A stretch of DNA of 64,000 nucleotides from the human T2T-CHM13v2.0 reference genome, Homo sapiens. This document shows positions 1 through 14,750 of this stretch, piece after piece. The first letter of the stretch is position 1. Each line of letters starts with the position of its first letter. The notes under the pieces are model-generated. The model was not told the DNA's origin, did no database searches, and was given only the letters and a program-made list of their open reading frames with translations. Location of the stretch: assembly GCF_009914755.1 (NCBI RefSeq), contig NC_060937.1. The stretch is one strand, 5' to 3'. A program made the translations under genes and the position numbers.

Positions 1-233
1 GACATCGTATAAACATGGATGTTTTTTCCTTCTACTTTATTAAGAAGGAAGAAAATAAATTAAACCTCCTGGCAACAAATGAATGAATATGTTATATTTT
101 TTAATATCCACAGCCTTACCCACAGAAAGTTTATTATATGATGGGCTCTCAAAATGAATTTTAATATATGCCTTTGGATCATTTATCTTACAATTATCAC
201 CACAGGGATTTTCATGGAAAAATAACATTTTCT

Positions 234-564
<331 letters not shown>

Positions 565-2496
565 CTATTCCCCATGGAGTATGCAGCCGTCCCTTCACTC
601 CAGCCTCCCACTGTTGCACATGCCTTATACTGAGGCAGTCATTATTTTGGTATTGTCATCACTGGCTCAGTGACGTACAGTGTCATCACTGTACATCCCC
701 TTCAATAGCCCATTAAGTCCTTGAAATAAAAATAAAACCTTCCTCCTTTATGCTTGAATTACTAGTCCTTAGCAATCAGTACATACCTATAATAAAGAAT
801 TGTTACATAAAAAAGAAAATTTACCAGTACAAAACCATGTTATACAATTTTAAAAACCCTAAAATTATGATAAAATGAAGTCTAAATGGCAAAAAAGAAA
901 CAGAAAAAAAAACAACTAAATTTGTAGATCTTTCCTTCTCATCTGATGTCAGTTCTTTCTCCAATAAGCAATGGGTGGCTGAAAGGCATGCATGGCATCC
1001 TTATTGGTAACAATGCATCATGTGGAAGGAACACCATGCAAGCAAGAATGCATTCTTGGTAAACTTGAGTTTTCTCTCAGATTTTTATAAATTCAGACGT
1101 AATTGAAGGAATTCCGTTCATTTCCAGAGTAGCTCAGATAGTCTTTTCTGGAAGAGATTTCTATCAGGATGAAATGACACCATTTCTTTGAGCTAAGTTC
1201 AAGTGTTTTAAAACATGCTGCTTTTACTACTTTTGAAAGTCCAAAAACAGTGGATTCAAAAAGAAAACAAACAAACAAAAAAATCCCCCCCTGCCCCACA
1301 TAAAAACAGACAAGCAAAAAAACCATGAAGCTTTTCCTCCTGAATGGGATATTGCATTTTGGTGCAATTCTTTGCTTTTTTCCATCTTGTTGTGATTATG
1401 GTTTTCACCAAGTGACGTTCCTTTCTGTAGTTATTTCTCTCCATGCCCATGTATCTCTTCTGGTAACCTACTAAGGCTTGTTTTGATAGCGTGTGTTGAC
1501 CATGGTCAGGGCCAGAGGAAATAAGCACCTAGTCTTCACTTCAAAGTTTAAAAAAGTTGTTTCCTGAATCCTAACAAAGATTGTTTTTCCAAACATCTTG
1601 CTAAGAGAAAAAAACAACACACCATTTGAGGAGCTTCATATTGGAAAGAGTCTTCATAATGGACTCTTGCTTCTTCCCCCTTAAGGAGACAAAGCAGAAA
1701 CTGTGTTCCCCAAACAGTCATGCAAATAAGATCCCCTCATTTTTGTATTCTGCTCCAACATCTATGGACTGGGATAGAATCTGGTGGCCTACACTGCTGG
1801 ATGAAAAAATGGCAATTTGATGATGTTCTGTATCTAGGGAAGAATTTCAGGGAATGTTGTCTGTTTGTCTCTGGATTGCACTTCACTTGAGCATAGCTCA
1901 GTGGAAGTAAAGCGCAAGTAAGCTACACTGTACTGGATGCCTACCTTGAACTTGCGTTATTGATGTGGGTTTTCATCCAGAAGAAGAGGGGGATAGGTTG
2001 GAGAGGAGGGTAGATGATTTTTCTCTCCATGTCTCACTTGAACTTTATCAATTTATACCTACTTGATCCCAGCATCAATTAAAGCTGTGGGAAGGGGGAA
2101 TGCTATGTGGGAATATAAAGCAATCTCATAATCATAGAATAAGGCTGGGGAAGGGACCATAAAGCATTTCTATTCTACCCAACAATCTACAGTCTAAACT
2201 ATTCATAACATCTCTGCCAAGCCATTACCTGGTGTCTAGGTATAATTACAGTTCATGGGGCAGCACACTCTAAGTGTGGATACCACTGTCCTGAGAAGGA
2301 TGCAGTGTACTCAAGGGGACCCTCCCACTCTTAGAAGTGTAGAAGTTTGGGCCAGAGATGCTCATTCTCTCGACCATGGGCTTTTTATGCTGATAATCTG
2401 GTTAGATCACTGGTCAGAATGCTGGATGACATTTTCCATCTTTAGTTCTTGCAATTCCAGGAAGCCTTATTTACTACATGGTCAGCCTTATTTACT

Positions 2497-2719
2497 ACGA
2501 CATCTCAGCCATCTGCAGGGGGTTTGTTCCAGGATCCTCCCTCACCCCGATACTGAAATCTATGGATGCTCAATTCCTGCATCTGGCCATGTGAAACCCA
2601 TGGGTATGAAAAGTCAGCCCTCGATATCCATGGATTCCATTTCCCACAAATACTGTATTTTCAATCCTCAGTTGGCTGAATTTGCATATGTGGAACCCAC
2701 GGATATGGAGGGCCGACTG
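2497..2719 (+). mobile_element. Tigger-family DNA transposon relic (MER2/MER8-like)
   Basis: GGGGGTTTGTTCCAGGA...GGATGCTCAA...AAAAGTCAGCCCTC...TACTGTATTTTC...GGAACCCACGGATATGGAGGGCCGACTG resembles the MER2/MER8 consensus and its terminal repeat. Confidence 0.8.
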
Positions 2720-4166
2720 CACTTCCCTGTGCAAGGAAAAGAGCTTAAGATGAGGTGAGAAAAGAAGCCAAATGGTCTGCAAACATTTGTGGCCAGCACT
2801 TCCGCTGGCTCTGTTTCCAGGTTTTTTTCTGTTCCTCTGCCACATGTCACTGTGACAAGCCACTCTAGGAGGCCCGTCACACTGCTCTGTGCTCTGATTT
2901 GTGGCCTAACCTTTGTTGAAGGATCTTTTGTCCTACCAGACATCTTGACAGCCTGCTCTAGGCCGCAGATGTGGATGCTTGGACTTCCTTCCTTGATGCT
3001 AATTTTGTCATTGCAACCCATGGGCACCACTACCCAACCAGCCCCATTTCTTTCTCTTCCTTCTGTTTATTTTTAGTCATAGAGTTTGCCAGTATGATGG
3101 TAAAATATTTATGTATTTTGTATTTTTAAAGAGTCAACTAAAACAGAGTGAGCCATTACTTTCTTCTGAGGTGCTGAGAACCTTTCAATCAACAAGTATC
3201 TACTGAGTTCATCCATGTGCCAGGCATTGTTTCCTTTAGAAGTCCAGTTGATTTGTTTTTTCAAATCCCACCTTTTCTTTGAATTACATATTTTGAAATT
3301 GACAAATCTTTTCCTTTTTAAACATCATTTTAATGGTGTGTTTAGGTGACTCTTCTGCTCCCCTCGGTCACAAATATGTCAAGAGACAGAGGAATAGAGT
3401 CTGTTCTACACCAAGGAGGTAGTTGGCACTCAACCAATAAGTGATGTGGAACCAGGGAGCCCTTAGAAAGCACACTTGCTAAGGCAGAGATGAATGCTCA
3501 GGCTTCCAGCAATGGGTCTGCGTGGGGCTCCTTCAGAAAGAAGAGCTACAGCTTCTTATCATCCCTTCATTTCAGCAACCAGACTTCCCCTGTGGCTCCT
3601 AAAACCCAAATTCCTTTCTTTCTACTTCATAGCTCACCGGTGACTAATCATAATATAAATGCATCTTTTAAGCTGTAAATAACCTTAGACATGCAAAACT
3701 CAGAGACGCATTAAATCACAAGGAACATTAGTATGGAGCCAATAGTAGAATCCAGGTCTCCCAGCTATCAGCACATCCTGCTATAATAACATGAATCCAA
3801 GGATCCACCAGGAAACAGACTCGGAAAGACTTCTGTTTATCATTTGCTGACAAAGTGGAAGTCTAAGAAATGCTTCTTAGCTAGACGGACGCTCAATGTA
3901 TTCTCTAACACTCGTGGTTTCTCCTCCCATGTGAACTAGGGTCACCGTACCCTGAAGGAAACACTTCTTAAATCTTAGTTCTAGGAGGTTTTGTTCACGC
4001 TTCGACCTCGACAGTGGCAGGTTGCCAGTTCCCCTCTTTCAGGCATAATGGTACCTGAATTATTATGTGAGAGGGGTTCCTTGGGATGACTTTGGCTATT
4101 GTCTCATGAGGCAAATGGGCTGCTTCTTAGAAGAACCCTGATAAAAGGAGAGGCAGAGTCACATCA

Positions 4167-4515
<349 letters not shown>

Positions 4516-4897
4516 CTAGCAGTCTGTCTGCTCTTCACTGTCACCATGTGCCAGAAAACGTAAAGAATGCCAGTGATAAAACACTCCTTCCTGAAATATT
4601 TTTTTCACCAATGCTATAACATTTAGAACAACGGCTGAATTTACATATAAGAGTTGATTTTACATATAAAAAGAGTGACTCTACTTATAATGAATGCAGA
4701 GAACTTCAGTTTCCCAGTGGCTCTGATCCTCACAGACTTGGCTATGCATGTATGCATGTTTTTTTTCCAGAGGTTGTGGCTAGCTGTTTGGAATCGTTCA
4801 AGATTTGGTAGCCCTGTGTGTCTCTGTTTCCTATGGCACTATGTACTCATGTGCATAAATATTAGATTCAAAATAAAAATTGATATAACAATGATGG

Positions 4898-5644
<747 letters not shown>

Positions 5645-5837
5645 TCAATTCTATCATTTGTTGTAACTATGCAGTGTTTTAATTTGTGTTTACAGTTAAA
5701 AAAAAAGAGTACAAATTGCAAAGTGTTAAATTTTTGTTTGCTATATGCAAATTTTTTTTCATACCCAAAGTATTTTACTGCTTTGAAATAATACCTTTGA
5801 TATTTAAATTTATTTTTCTTTAGAAATTGTCACTCCT

Positions 5838-6203
<366 letters not shown>

Positions 6204-6283
6204 TTAGTTTGGTGCAAAAGAAATTGTGGTTTTGGCCATTACTTTCAGCAGCGAAAATCGTAATAGCTTTTGCACCAACCTAA
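6204..6283. mobile_element. MADE1 (Hsmar1-derived MITE), 80 bp
   Basis: TTAGTTTGGTGCAAAAG...CTTTTGCACCAACCTAA inverted termini, exactly 80 bp, TA on both sides. Confidence 0.93.
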
Positions 6284-7144
6284 TAGGTTTTCCACCCTTT
6301 GCAAAAATCATACATTAATTTAAACAATTTTAGTCCACAACTTGATTCCTTTCTTGTACTGTAAAATGTTAAACTTACTTTGACTGGCTCAGTAATGGCC
6401 AAGAAAAAAAATTTTTTTCACTGTATTTCTTTACCAAGCATTTTTATTTTGTCATTGTATGTCAAATACCCACTGAAAGCAACAGAAGAGAGGCTCTTGG
6501 TCGTAACTAGATAGGACAATGAAAGGAAGTTTAGCAAGTCATCCTTCTGGGGTCCTGAAACCTCATGTTATCCTAGGTAAGTTTTCTCTGCAGAAACGTG
6601 GCCAAGTTCTTTTTTTCTTGTATGTGGGGCCTGGGGAAAGTGAACAAATAAGTCCATTCCCATCCGCTCAGGGCTTGCTCCCATTTTCTTCCCGTTTAGG
6701 CCTTGCCTGACCCATCAAAGGCATTGAGCACATACCTATGGGTACCCCAGCCCACAGGTGCATGCCATAGTCACCCCAAGAGACAGCCCTGGGCCACCCT
6801 CTCAGGCCTGCGGTGTGCACCTCAGCAACAAAGGCTGCCCTCAGGAGGACTGACCTTGGAAATAGGCTCACAGCTGTCAGGGTGGGGAATCCTGGGGATT
6901 GCATACCTGGATCCTGGTGGGTAGGGCTTGAGTCAAGCACTTCTCTTGGTCCTACAGCCTCTTCACACTGTAGAAGAGGCCAGCAAACCTGGTCATCTAG
7001 GCCTGGAGAACTTACTATTGTGGGCAATGCATGTTCACTGGTGGATGTGATTAGTTTGGAAATGCGGGTTGTGCATGGTATACCAATATTTCACAAAATT
7101 TTCTCATTACTAGCTCCTTGCATCACCTATGTCATGGATCTTAG

Positions 7145-7560
<416 letters not shown>

Positions 7561-8751
7561 CTTGATGGTTTATTTCTGACTCTACAACAGCTGTTTGGGA
7601 ACCCTATAGACTGAGGTTGAGAGAGACACAGAACCGTTTCCTAAAAGATAATAACACAGCATATTTTTTCTTCTTCTGGTATTTGAAGCAAAATTACATG
7701 AACATAAACAAAGGCTACTCTTCAAGTACTCTTTATTCAGTCTGCATCTATATTTGTGTTTATATACATGCTTGTGCATGTGTGCACCTGTGCACTGTGG
7801 TACAGAAGTGCACACACATGTGTGTGTTTGTACCTTTGGCTCCCAGAAGTCCCACTGAGAGTGATTTGTTTTGAATACTGATGCCTTTTCAGGTGAGACT
7901 TTTTTTAATCTGAAAGGTGTAAGTAGAAGCTGTGAAAAGGTACAGATCAGAGACTATAACATCCCCTAAGGAACTTTTCAGAGGTTCACACTTCATGCGC
8001 CAGACTCCCTTATTTCAGGATAAGTATTTGACATGCTTTGTTACCTGATTAAACCTGCATGTGTTTTGTTCTGGCTTATTACTGTCTGAGGCACTGTGTT
8101 GTGAAATGAAAATTACTGGCATTTGCCTGCCAAATTCAGTGATTCAGAGAATTATGAATTAGGATTCTTTAATTACAGAGATCAGCACCTGATAGGTTAA
8201 TTTCAAAAGCAAAGCTAACTACATGTGCTGTATTTATTTTCAAACTAATTCTATTGAATTACATTTTATTTAAAAGGTCTCATTGGTCCCCATTAATAAA
8301 TAGCATTGTAACAAGAGAACAAAAAACAATAAACAAAATGCTTCATTAAGACTCGATATAATTTCATCTGGGCTGCAGAATTAAGAAGAAAATTAGATTT
8401 TCATGAAATAGAATTCAAACCCCAGTGATTCTTTTGGTACATTATTAAAATAGTACCCTTATTTGATAATATTATAGACTACTCTTATATTTCAGTTGAA
8501 AATATTTAGCTTCATGGCATCAGATGGTTTTGTTTGAGAACACATAAAACATGGTGATTTGTGGGAAAAGGAGAGAAGATTCTGTTTTAAGCCCATATTA
8601 TTTTCTCTATCTTCCACGAATGTTTAAATACTGAAGAAATTGCTACAAATGATGTCTAATTTTTTATTTTATAAACCATTTTGTTATAGTTAATAGATGT
8701 TAAATTGAAGCAACAGTAACAATTTAGTGTGACAGTCTACCAAGGCAGCTT

Positions 8752-8785
8752 CTTGTTTTGTTTGTTTGTTTGTTTGTTTGTTTTG
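8752..8785. repeat. (GTTT)n microsatellite, probably a degenerate L1 tail
   Basis: Directly visible tandem GTTT run next to the L1 3' UTR. Confidence 0.85.
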
Positions 8786-10497
8786 TAGTTCCCAGTGTCT
8801 ACTGTTGCCATCTTTATGTCCATGAGTACCCAATGTTCCCACTTATAAGTGAGAACATGAGGGATTTTATTTTCTGTTTCTGTGTTAATCCACTTAGGAT
8901 AATAGGATAATGACCTTCAATAGCATCCATGTTCCTGCAAAGGACATGATTTCCTTCCTTTTATGGCTGTGTAGTACTCCATGGTGCATATGTACCATAA
9001 TTTTTAATCCAATCCACTGTTGATGGGTACCTAGGTTGAGTTTCTGTCTTTGCTGTTGTGATAGGACTGTGATGCACGTGCAAGTGCATGTGTCTTTTTA
9101 GTAGAACGATTTGTTTTCTTGTGGATATATACCCAGTAATGGGATTGTTGGGTCAAATGGTAGTTCTGTTTTAAGTTCTTTGAGAAATCTCCAAACTGCT
9201 TTATACAGTAGCTGAACGAATTTACATTCTAACAACAGTGTGTAAGCATTCCCTTTTCTCCACAGCCTTGCCAGCATCTGTTTTTTTTTTTTTTATTTTT
9301 TAATAATAGACATTCCGACTGGTGTGAGATGGGATCTCATTGTGGTTTTGATTTGCATTTTTCTGATGATTAGTGATGTGGAGCATTTTTTCATGTGTTT
9401 TTTTTTTTTTGCCACTTGTATGTCTTCTTTTGAGAAATGTCTGTTCATGTCCTTTTGTCATTTTTTTAAATTGGGTTATTTTGTTTTTGCTTGTTAAATG
9501 GCTTACATTGTTTGTAGATTCTGGATAGTGGATCTTTGTTGGATGCATAGTTTCTGAATATTTTCTCCCATTCCATAGGTTGTCTGTTTAGTCTGTTGAT
9601 AGTTTCTTTCACTGTGCAGAAGTTCTTTAGTTTAAATAGGTTCCATTTGTCCATTTTTGTTTTTGTTGCAGTTGAAAACTTAGTCAAGAATTACTTGCCA
9701 AGGCTGATGTCCAGAATAGTATTTACAAGGTTTTCTTCTAGGTTTTATAGTTGTAGGTCTTACATTTAAATCCTTAATCCATGTTGAGTTAATTTTTTTT
9801 ATGTGGTGATGGTGAAAGGTAGGGGTCCAGTTTCATTCTTCTGCACATGGCTAGCCAGTTATTCCAGCACCATTTATTGAATAGGAAGTCCTTTCCTCAT
9901 TGCTTGTTTTGTCAAATATCAGGTTGTTGTAGGTGTGCAGCTTCATTTTAGGGGCCTCTATTCTATTCCATTACTCTATGTATCTGTTTTTGTACCAGTA
10001 CCATGCTGTTTTTGGTTACTGTAGCCTTATAGTATAGTTTGAAGTTGGGTAATGTGATGCTTCTGGTTTTGTTCTTTTGGTTAGGATTGCTTTGGCTATT
10101 TGGGTTCTTTTTTGGTTCCATATGGATTTTAGAATAGTTTATTCTAGTTCTGTGAAAAATGGCATTGATAGTTTGATAGGAAAAGCATTGAATCTGTAGA
10201 TTGCTTTGGGCAGTATGGTCATTTTAAGAATGTTGAGTCTTCCAGTTCATGAACATGGAATGTGTTTTCATTTGTTTTTGTCATCTGCGACTTCTTTTAG
10301 CAGTGTTTTATAGTTCTCTTTGTAGAGGTCTTTCACTTCCTTGGTTATGTGTATTCCTAGGTATTTTATTTTTCTTGTGGCTATTTTAAATGGGATCGCA
10401 TTCTTGATTTGGCTCTTAGCTTGAATGTTATTGGTGTTAGAGATGCTACTAATTTTTGTACCTTGATTTTGTATCCTGAAACTTTACTGAAGTTTTT
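8786..10497 (-). mobile_element. 5'-truncated L1 (L1PB-like): 3' part of ORF2 and 3' UTR, decayed
   Basis: CCCACTTATAAGTGAGAACATG, ATACCCAGTAATGGGATTG and GTACCAGTACCATGCTGTTT motifs; ORF-track peptide 9466-9687 ([34 protein letters not shown]) is L1 ORF2p C-terminal-like; frameshifted. Confidence 0.95.
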
Positions 10498-10989
10498 TGT
10501 TGTTGCTGTTGTTTGTTTGTTTGTTTAGAGGAGGCAATAAGTACAGTGTGGGGAAAGTTCGAGAAATGAAGGCAGGTTCTCAGCCTTCCTGTATTATTCT
10601 GAACAGTCTGGCTCTTGGCCCAAAATTGCACTCCCCAATCAGCAAATCAAAAGCCTAGAATTAAATAATCCATTCTCCAAGAATGTAGTTTAGCCTGCCA
10701 GCTGTTACCCATCACATCACAAACATTACCATCTTATATGGTACTCTCCTTAAGACAAAATGTGGTAAGTATAATTTTTGATACACATACTTCTCCAACA
10801 GAGGTAGCTTCTTCATACATATCTGCTAATGTGTTTGATGGCAGTGACTGAAAACTGATGTCTGCAGGCAAACCTTGGTGAGGTGTGGTATGAAAATAGT
10901 GCTTTGGCCACCCCATCGCCATGTGGTAAGCAGATCTCTCTAATAACCGGGTCTAGTTGGAAACATAAATATGAAGCTCAGATAAAATA

Positions 10990-11260
10990 TGCAAGCTGAA
11001 GATATAGTAGTTTCACATCCCCACTGGATATATGGATCATACCTACAGGTGTTATGCAAAGATATGGAATAAATGGGGTTTCCCAAAGAGAAAGGGTTAA
11101 ACATTAGAAAAGACCTAGGCTGAAATTCCAGAGTGAAACACATTTTAAGTAGTAGATAAGCTCAGTGAAGGCGTCTGAGAGAGGTACAAAGAAAACCAAG
11201 AGATAATGGTGATAGAGAACTCAAGAACAGTTCCAAGAAGGATGAATAGGTCTGCTCATT
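10990..11260 (-). mobile_element. Probable ancient L2 fragment
   Basis: Purine-rich degenerate similarity to L2 internal sequence, by recall only. Confidence 0.35.
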
Positions 11261-11291
11261 CAACTTTTTTTTATTTAATAAAATTTAATTT

Positions 11292-11451
11292 AGCTGGGCA
11301 TAGCGGCTCAAGCCTGTAATCCCAGCACTTTGGGAAGTCAAGCTGGGAGGATCCCTTCAAACTAGGAGTTCTAGACTAGCCTGGGCAGCAAAGCAAGACC
11401 CTGTCTCTACAAAGTATTTAAAAATTGCCCAGGCATGGTGGTGTGCACCTG
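11292..11451 (+). mobile_element. AluJ left arm plus start of right arm (3'-truncated)
   Basis: GCCTGTAATCCCAGCACTTTGGGA...GGGAGGATCCCTT...AGCCTGGGCAGCAAAGCAAGACCCTGTCTCTAC. Confidence 0.88.
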
Positions 11452-13368
11452 CTTCTTTAAAAGAATCAGTGTGTAGACTCATAGCCTGAGGATCTAAGAT
11501 CTAAGCTGTTTATTTTTAAAGGGTATATCCTTTATACTTATTTTAAGTTTTTTTCTTCATTCCAAGCAAGGCATACACATCATAAAAATTTTTTGAAGAT
11601 CCAGACAGTAGAGCCAAAATAAGAAGTTTAAGTCTTCCTCTACTCCCGTTACCCAGAGGCACAAACTGTCAACAGTTTCTAAATTTATTTCCTCTGGTGG
11701 TGGTCTTATATTCTATACGAGATGCCTCTATGCTTTTTAAGAACTGTGCTTTTTTAAGCATATGTATGCTAACCCATAATTTCCTAAGATTCTCCCCAGA
11801 AGCAACACATCTTGGGTGCTTCTCAAGCATGTTCCCAGAGAATACATTATCTAGGTTATTATTTAAATGATTTTCAAGTGAAAAAAAACTGCAAAATGTT
11901 AACAACTTTTGCACTTTAATATAATGTGAATGCAAGCACAGAAATATTGTAGGTAAAGTGCAGGCTTCTTTTCCTTTGGAAACTCTCATTTTACATAATT
12001 CTCCAAGGTGACATTCCTTTCAAAACCCCTTCAGACACAATATTATTCCCTTCCTCTCTTCTGCCCAGGGTCTTTGCTATCCCTTCATACACAATGCACA
12101 GGTTCCTCATCCCCAGATTATTGACACTCAAAGGAAGACATGCCTACCCCAAAATGAATAGGCACATCTTACTTTGATATTGGGGTTCCCTGTGACTATT
12201 CTTTGATTCTGCACTGTGATATGCTTTGCAGGTAAGCTCACCTTATATGTACCATTAAATTAGCCTCACTTCTTGGGATGGTATAAAAGGTAAACTCTCT
12301 TTTTACCAAATTCTGATCATCAAAATAAAGTTCAAGTTTTGGAAGGATACTTTTTAAACTGTGATATTATTTCTTTAAAATGACCACAACACAGTAAAAT
12401 TTTCTGGCCATTTGCACACCATGAATTTTGGTGGCCTTTTCTAGGAACTAAAGGAGAGAAAATTAAAGACCATGTAAAGTTAAGTATTAGTTTATATTTA
12501 CTTTTGAAGCACTTATTGTATGTTTCTATTACTGATTTATAACCATATGATAACAACTTCCATCTTCATATATATTTCCTAGTTGTTTTAAAGGTACTGA
12601 GGCCGTACTATACTAAGCCTTCCAATAAGAACATATGTTGGGACTCAGTTCTTGGTTTAACATAAATTCTGAGATTCTGTGAATACTAAAGTGACCCAAG
12701 GCAAATGAGAGAGAGATACTTCTTAACAGTAGAGCATGATGCTACAACTTTTCTGTGGTTTTGCTTCTTTTTATTTTAAGAACAACATATAATGAAAAGC
12801 AAATGTTTTTTTAAAAAATCGTTTTGTGAATTTTCTTCCCATTTTAATAACCAGGTCAGATGAGTTGCATGAATGACTGAATTATAAAAGTGGTTATTGT
12901 ATAATGAGTGCTGTTTAGAAATACTGACATGTAAATTACTGAGTTAGTGGTCTCAAATAGTTAAACTCATTCATTAGAAAAGAAATCAAAACTGTGTTTT
13001 GCATATGTCAGACTGTTCTCAGCACCAAGAGACATTCATACAGAGCCCTTCATCTTCACCATCAAAAGATTCACAGCCTGCTGGGCGAGGCAACACGTAG
13101 ACAACCAACCTGATAGTGTCATTGCTATTGGCATAAACGTAAGGAGAAATAAATTCTGCCTGGAATCTTGGAGGAGGTTCTACTGAGAAAATAAACGTTA
13201 TCCTATATTTTACAGAAAGAGGAAGACTGTGGAAGTGAGGAAAGATATTCAAGCTGGGGGCGCCAAGGGTATTGAGGCCTGACTCTGCTTTGATAGTGAG
13301 TCTGGAGTTGAGGATGGAGCTCAGAGGAGAGGAGTTATTTATACGTCAAGCTACTTCACCCTGCATGG

Positions 13369-13920
13369 TGAGAGGTGAAGCCAGCTGGGCTTCTGGGTCG
13401 GGTGGGGACTTCGAGAACTTTTCTGTCTAGCTAGAGGATTGTAAATGCACCAATCAGTGCTCTATGTCTAGCTAGAGGATTGTAAATGCACCAATCAGCA
13501 CTCTGTAAAATGCACCAATCAGCACTCTGTAAAATGCACCAATCAGCACTCTGTAAAATGGACCAGTCAGCAGGACATGGGCGGGGACAAATAAGGGAAT
13601 AAAAGCTGGCCACCCCCAGCCAGCAGTAGCAACCCGCTCAGGTCCTCCTCCATCCTGTGGAAGCTTTGTTCTTTTGCTTTACATAATAAATCTTGTTGCT
13701 GCTCACTCTTTGGGTCCGCATCAACTTTAAAAGCTGTAACACTCACTGCGAGAGTCTGGGGCTTCATTCCCGAAGTCAGCAAGACCACGAACCCACAGGG
13801 AGGGGCAAACACCTTTTAAAGAGTTGTAACACTCACCGCGAGGTCCGTGGCTTCATTCTTGAAGTCGGTGAGGCCAAGAAGAAACTCCGGACACATCTGA
13901 AGAAACCAAGTCCGGACACA
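13369..13920 (+). mobile_element. Solo LTR12-family (ERV9) LTR
   Basis: TGAGAGGTGAAGCCAGCTGGGCTTCTGGGTC start, tandem CACCAATCAGCACTCTGTAAAATG repeats, GGACACA end; perfect 4-bp TSD ATGG (13365-13368 and 13921-13924). Confidence 0.96.
13440..13610 (+). promoter_or_regulatory. LTR12 U3 promoter module: CCAAT x4, GC box, TATA-like AATAAAA
   Basis: CCAAT at 13450, 13491, 13515 and 13539; GGGCGGGG 13579-13586; AATAAAA 13598-13604. Activity not shown. Confidence 0.6.
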
Positions 13921-14509
13921 ATGGGTTCTAAGAAGTCAGTGACAATTTTTAAATTGGAGAGCAGCGAGTGAGGCTCGTCCCTGCCAGGGCAAAACCAAGG
14001 CAGTAGCTTGTTCTTGTCAGTCTGCACCCACCTGAGGGCTCACTGCATATAGGGGAAGTCCTATCAGGAGCATGACAGTGAATGAGGCAATGCATCAATA
14101 GGACATATGTTGAGAGAAACTTTCCACCCCGTCCCCCTTTACTGACTTCCCCCTCGTGCCTACAATTCTGTTTGTAACCTTCTCCAACTTGGTCACAACT
14201 ATTATTCCCAGAGCCATGCCTCTTCCTAGCAACCGGAAGATGAGGTGTTCCTAGAATCTTGAAGATCTCTAATCATGAAGCTGTGCGGAGCAGTCTTTGA
14301 AGGAGGAGGCTGCCTCTCAAAGCTCCACAAGCAGCAGGAGTCTGACTCCAGCCTAGATGACCTTGGAAGCCAGAGCAGACTTCTTAAAAAACAAGGCTTC
14401 TTTGCTTCCCCACCTTTTACGTTTTCTCCGCTTGTAAGTTCTGTCTCTGCCCAAAGTTAATCATAGATGATCCAATGGATCTGTACAGATATTTACCTAC
14501 AGCAGTACC

Positions 14510-14750
14510 CATTGTCATTTTATGTGTTTTGGAAAAAAAAGAACCTACATTTCTAACAATAAGGAGTTGGTTGGATAAATTATGGTATATCCATACAATG
14601 TTATACCACATGGTCGTTATAAATGATGGAGAAAAGAATATGTAATAACAGTACAATGATCTTGATTCCTAAATGCTAGAATTATGCATGATTTTTTCTT
14701 CTTTGTGCTTATGTACAATTCCTAAATTTTCTATAATGCAGATAAGAAAA
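14510..14750 (+). mobile_element. Old L1M (L1ME-like) 3' fragment
   Basis: AATAAGGAGTTGGTTGGATAAATTATGGTATATCCATACAATG matches an L1M 3' UTR motif. Confidence 0.65.

Noticed and set aside
1093-1528. Minus-strand ORFs with an AG|G acceptor-like site near 1468
   Set aside because: No recognisable protein similarity, weak polypyrimidine tract and stops in the other frames; a lncRNA exon cannot be excluded but is unsupported
2255-2758. 167-aa ORF
   Set aside because: Its second half lies in the Tigger/MER2-like relic; no domain-like content
9300-9687. ORFs with L1 ORF2p-like peptide
   Set aside because: Frameshifted remnant of a truncated L1; not a functional CDS
13441-13570. Regularly spaced direct repeats resembling a CRISPR array
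   Set aside because: No unique spacers; these are the known tandem CCAAT repeats of LTR12 in eukaryotic DNA
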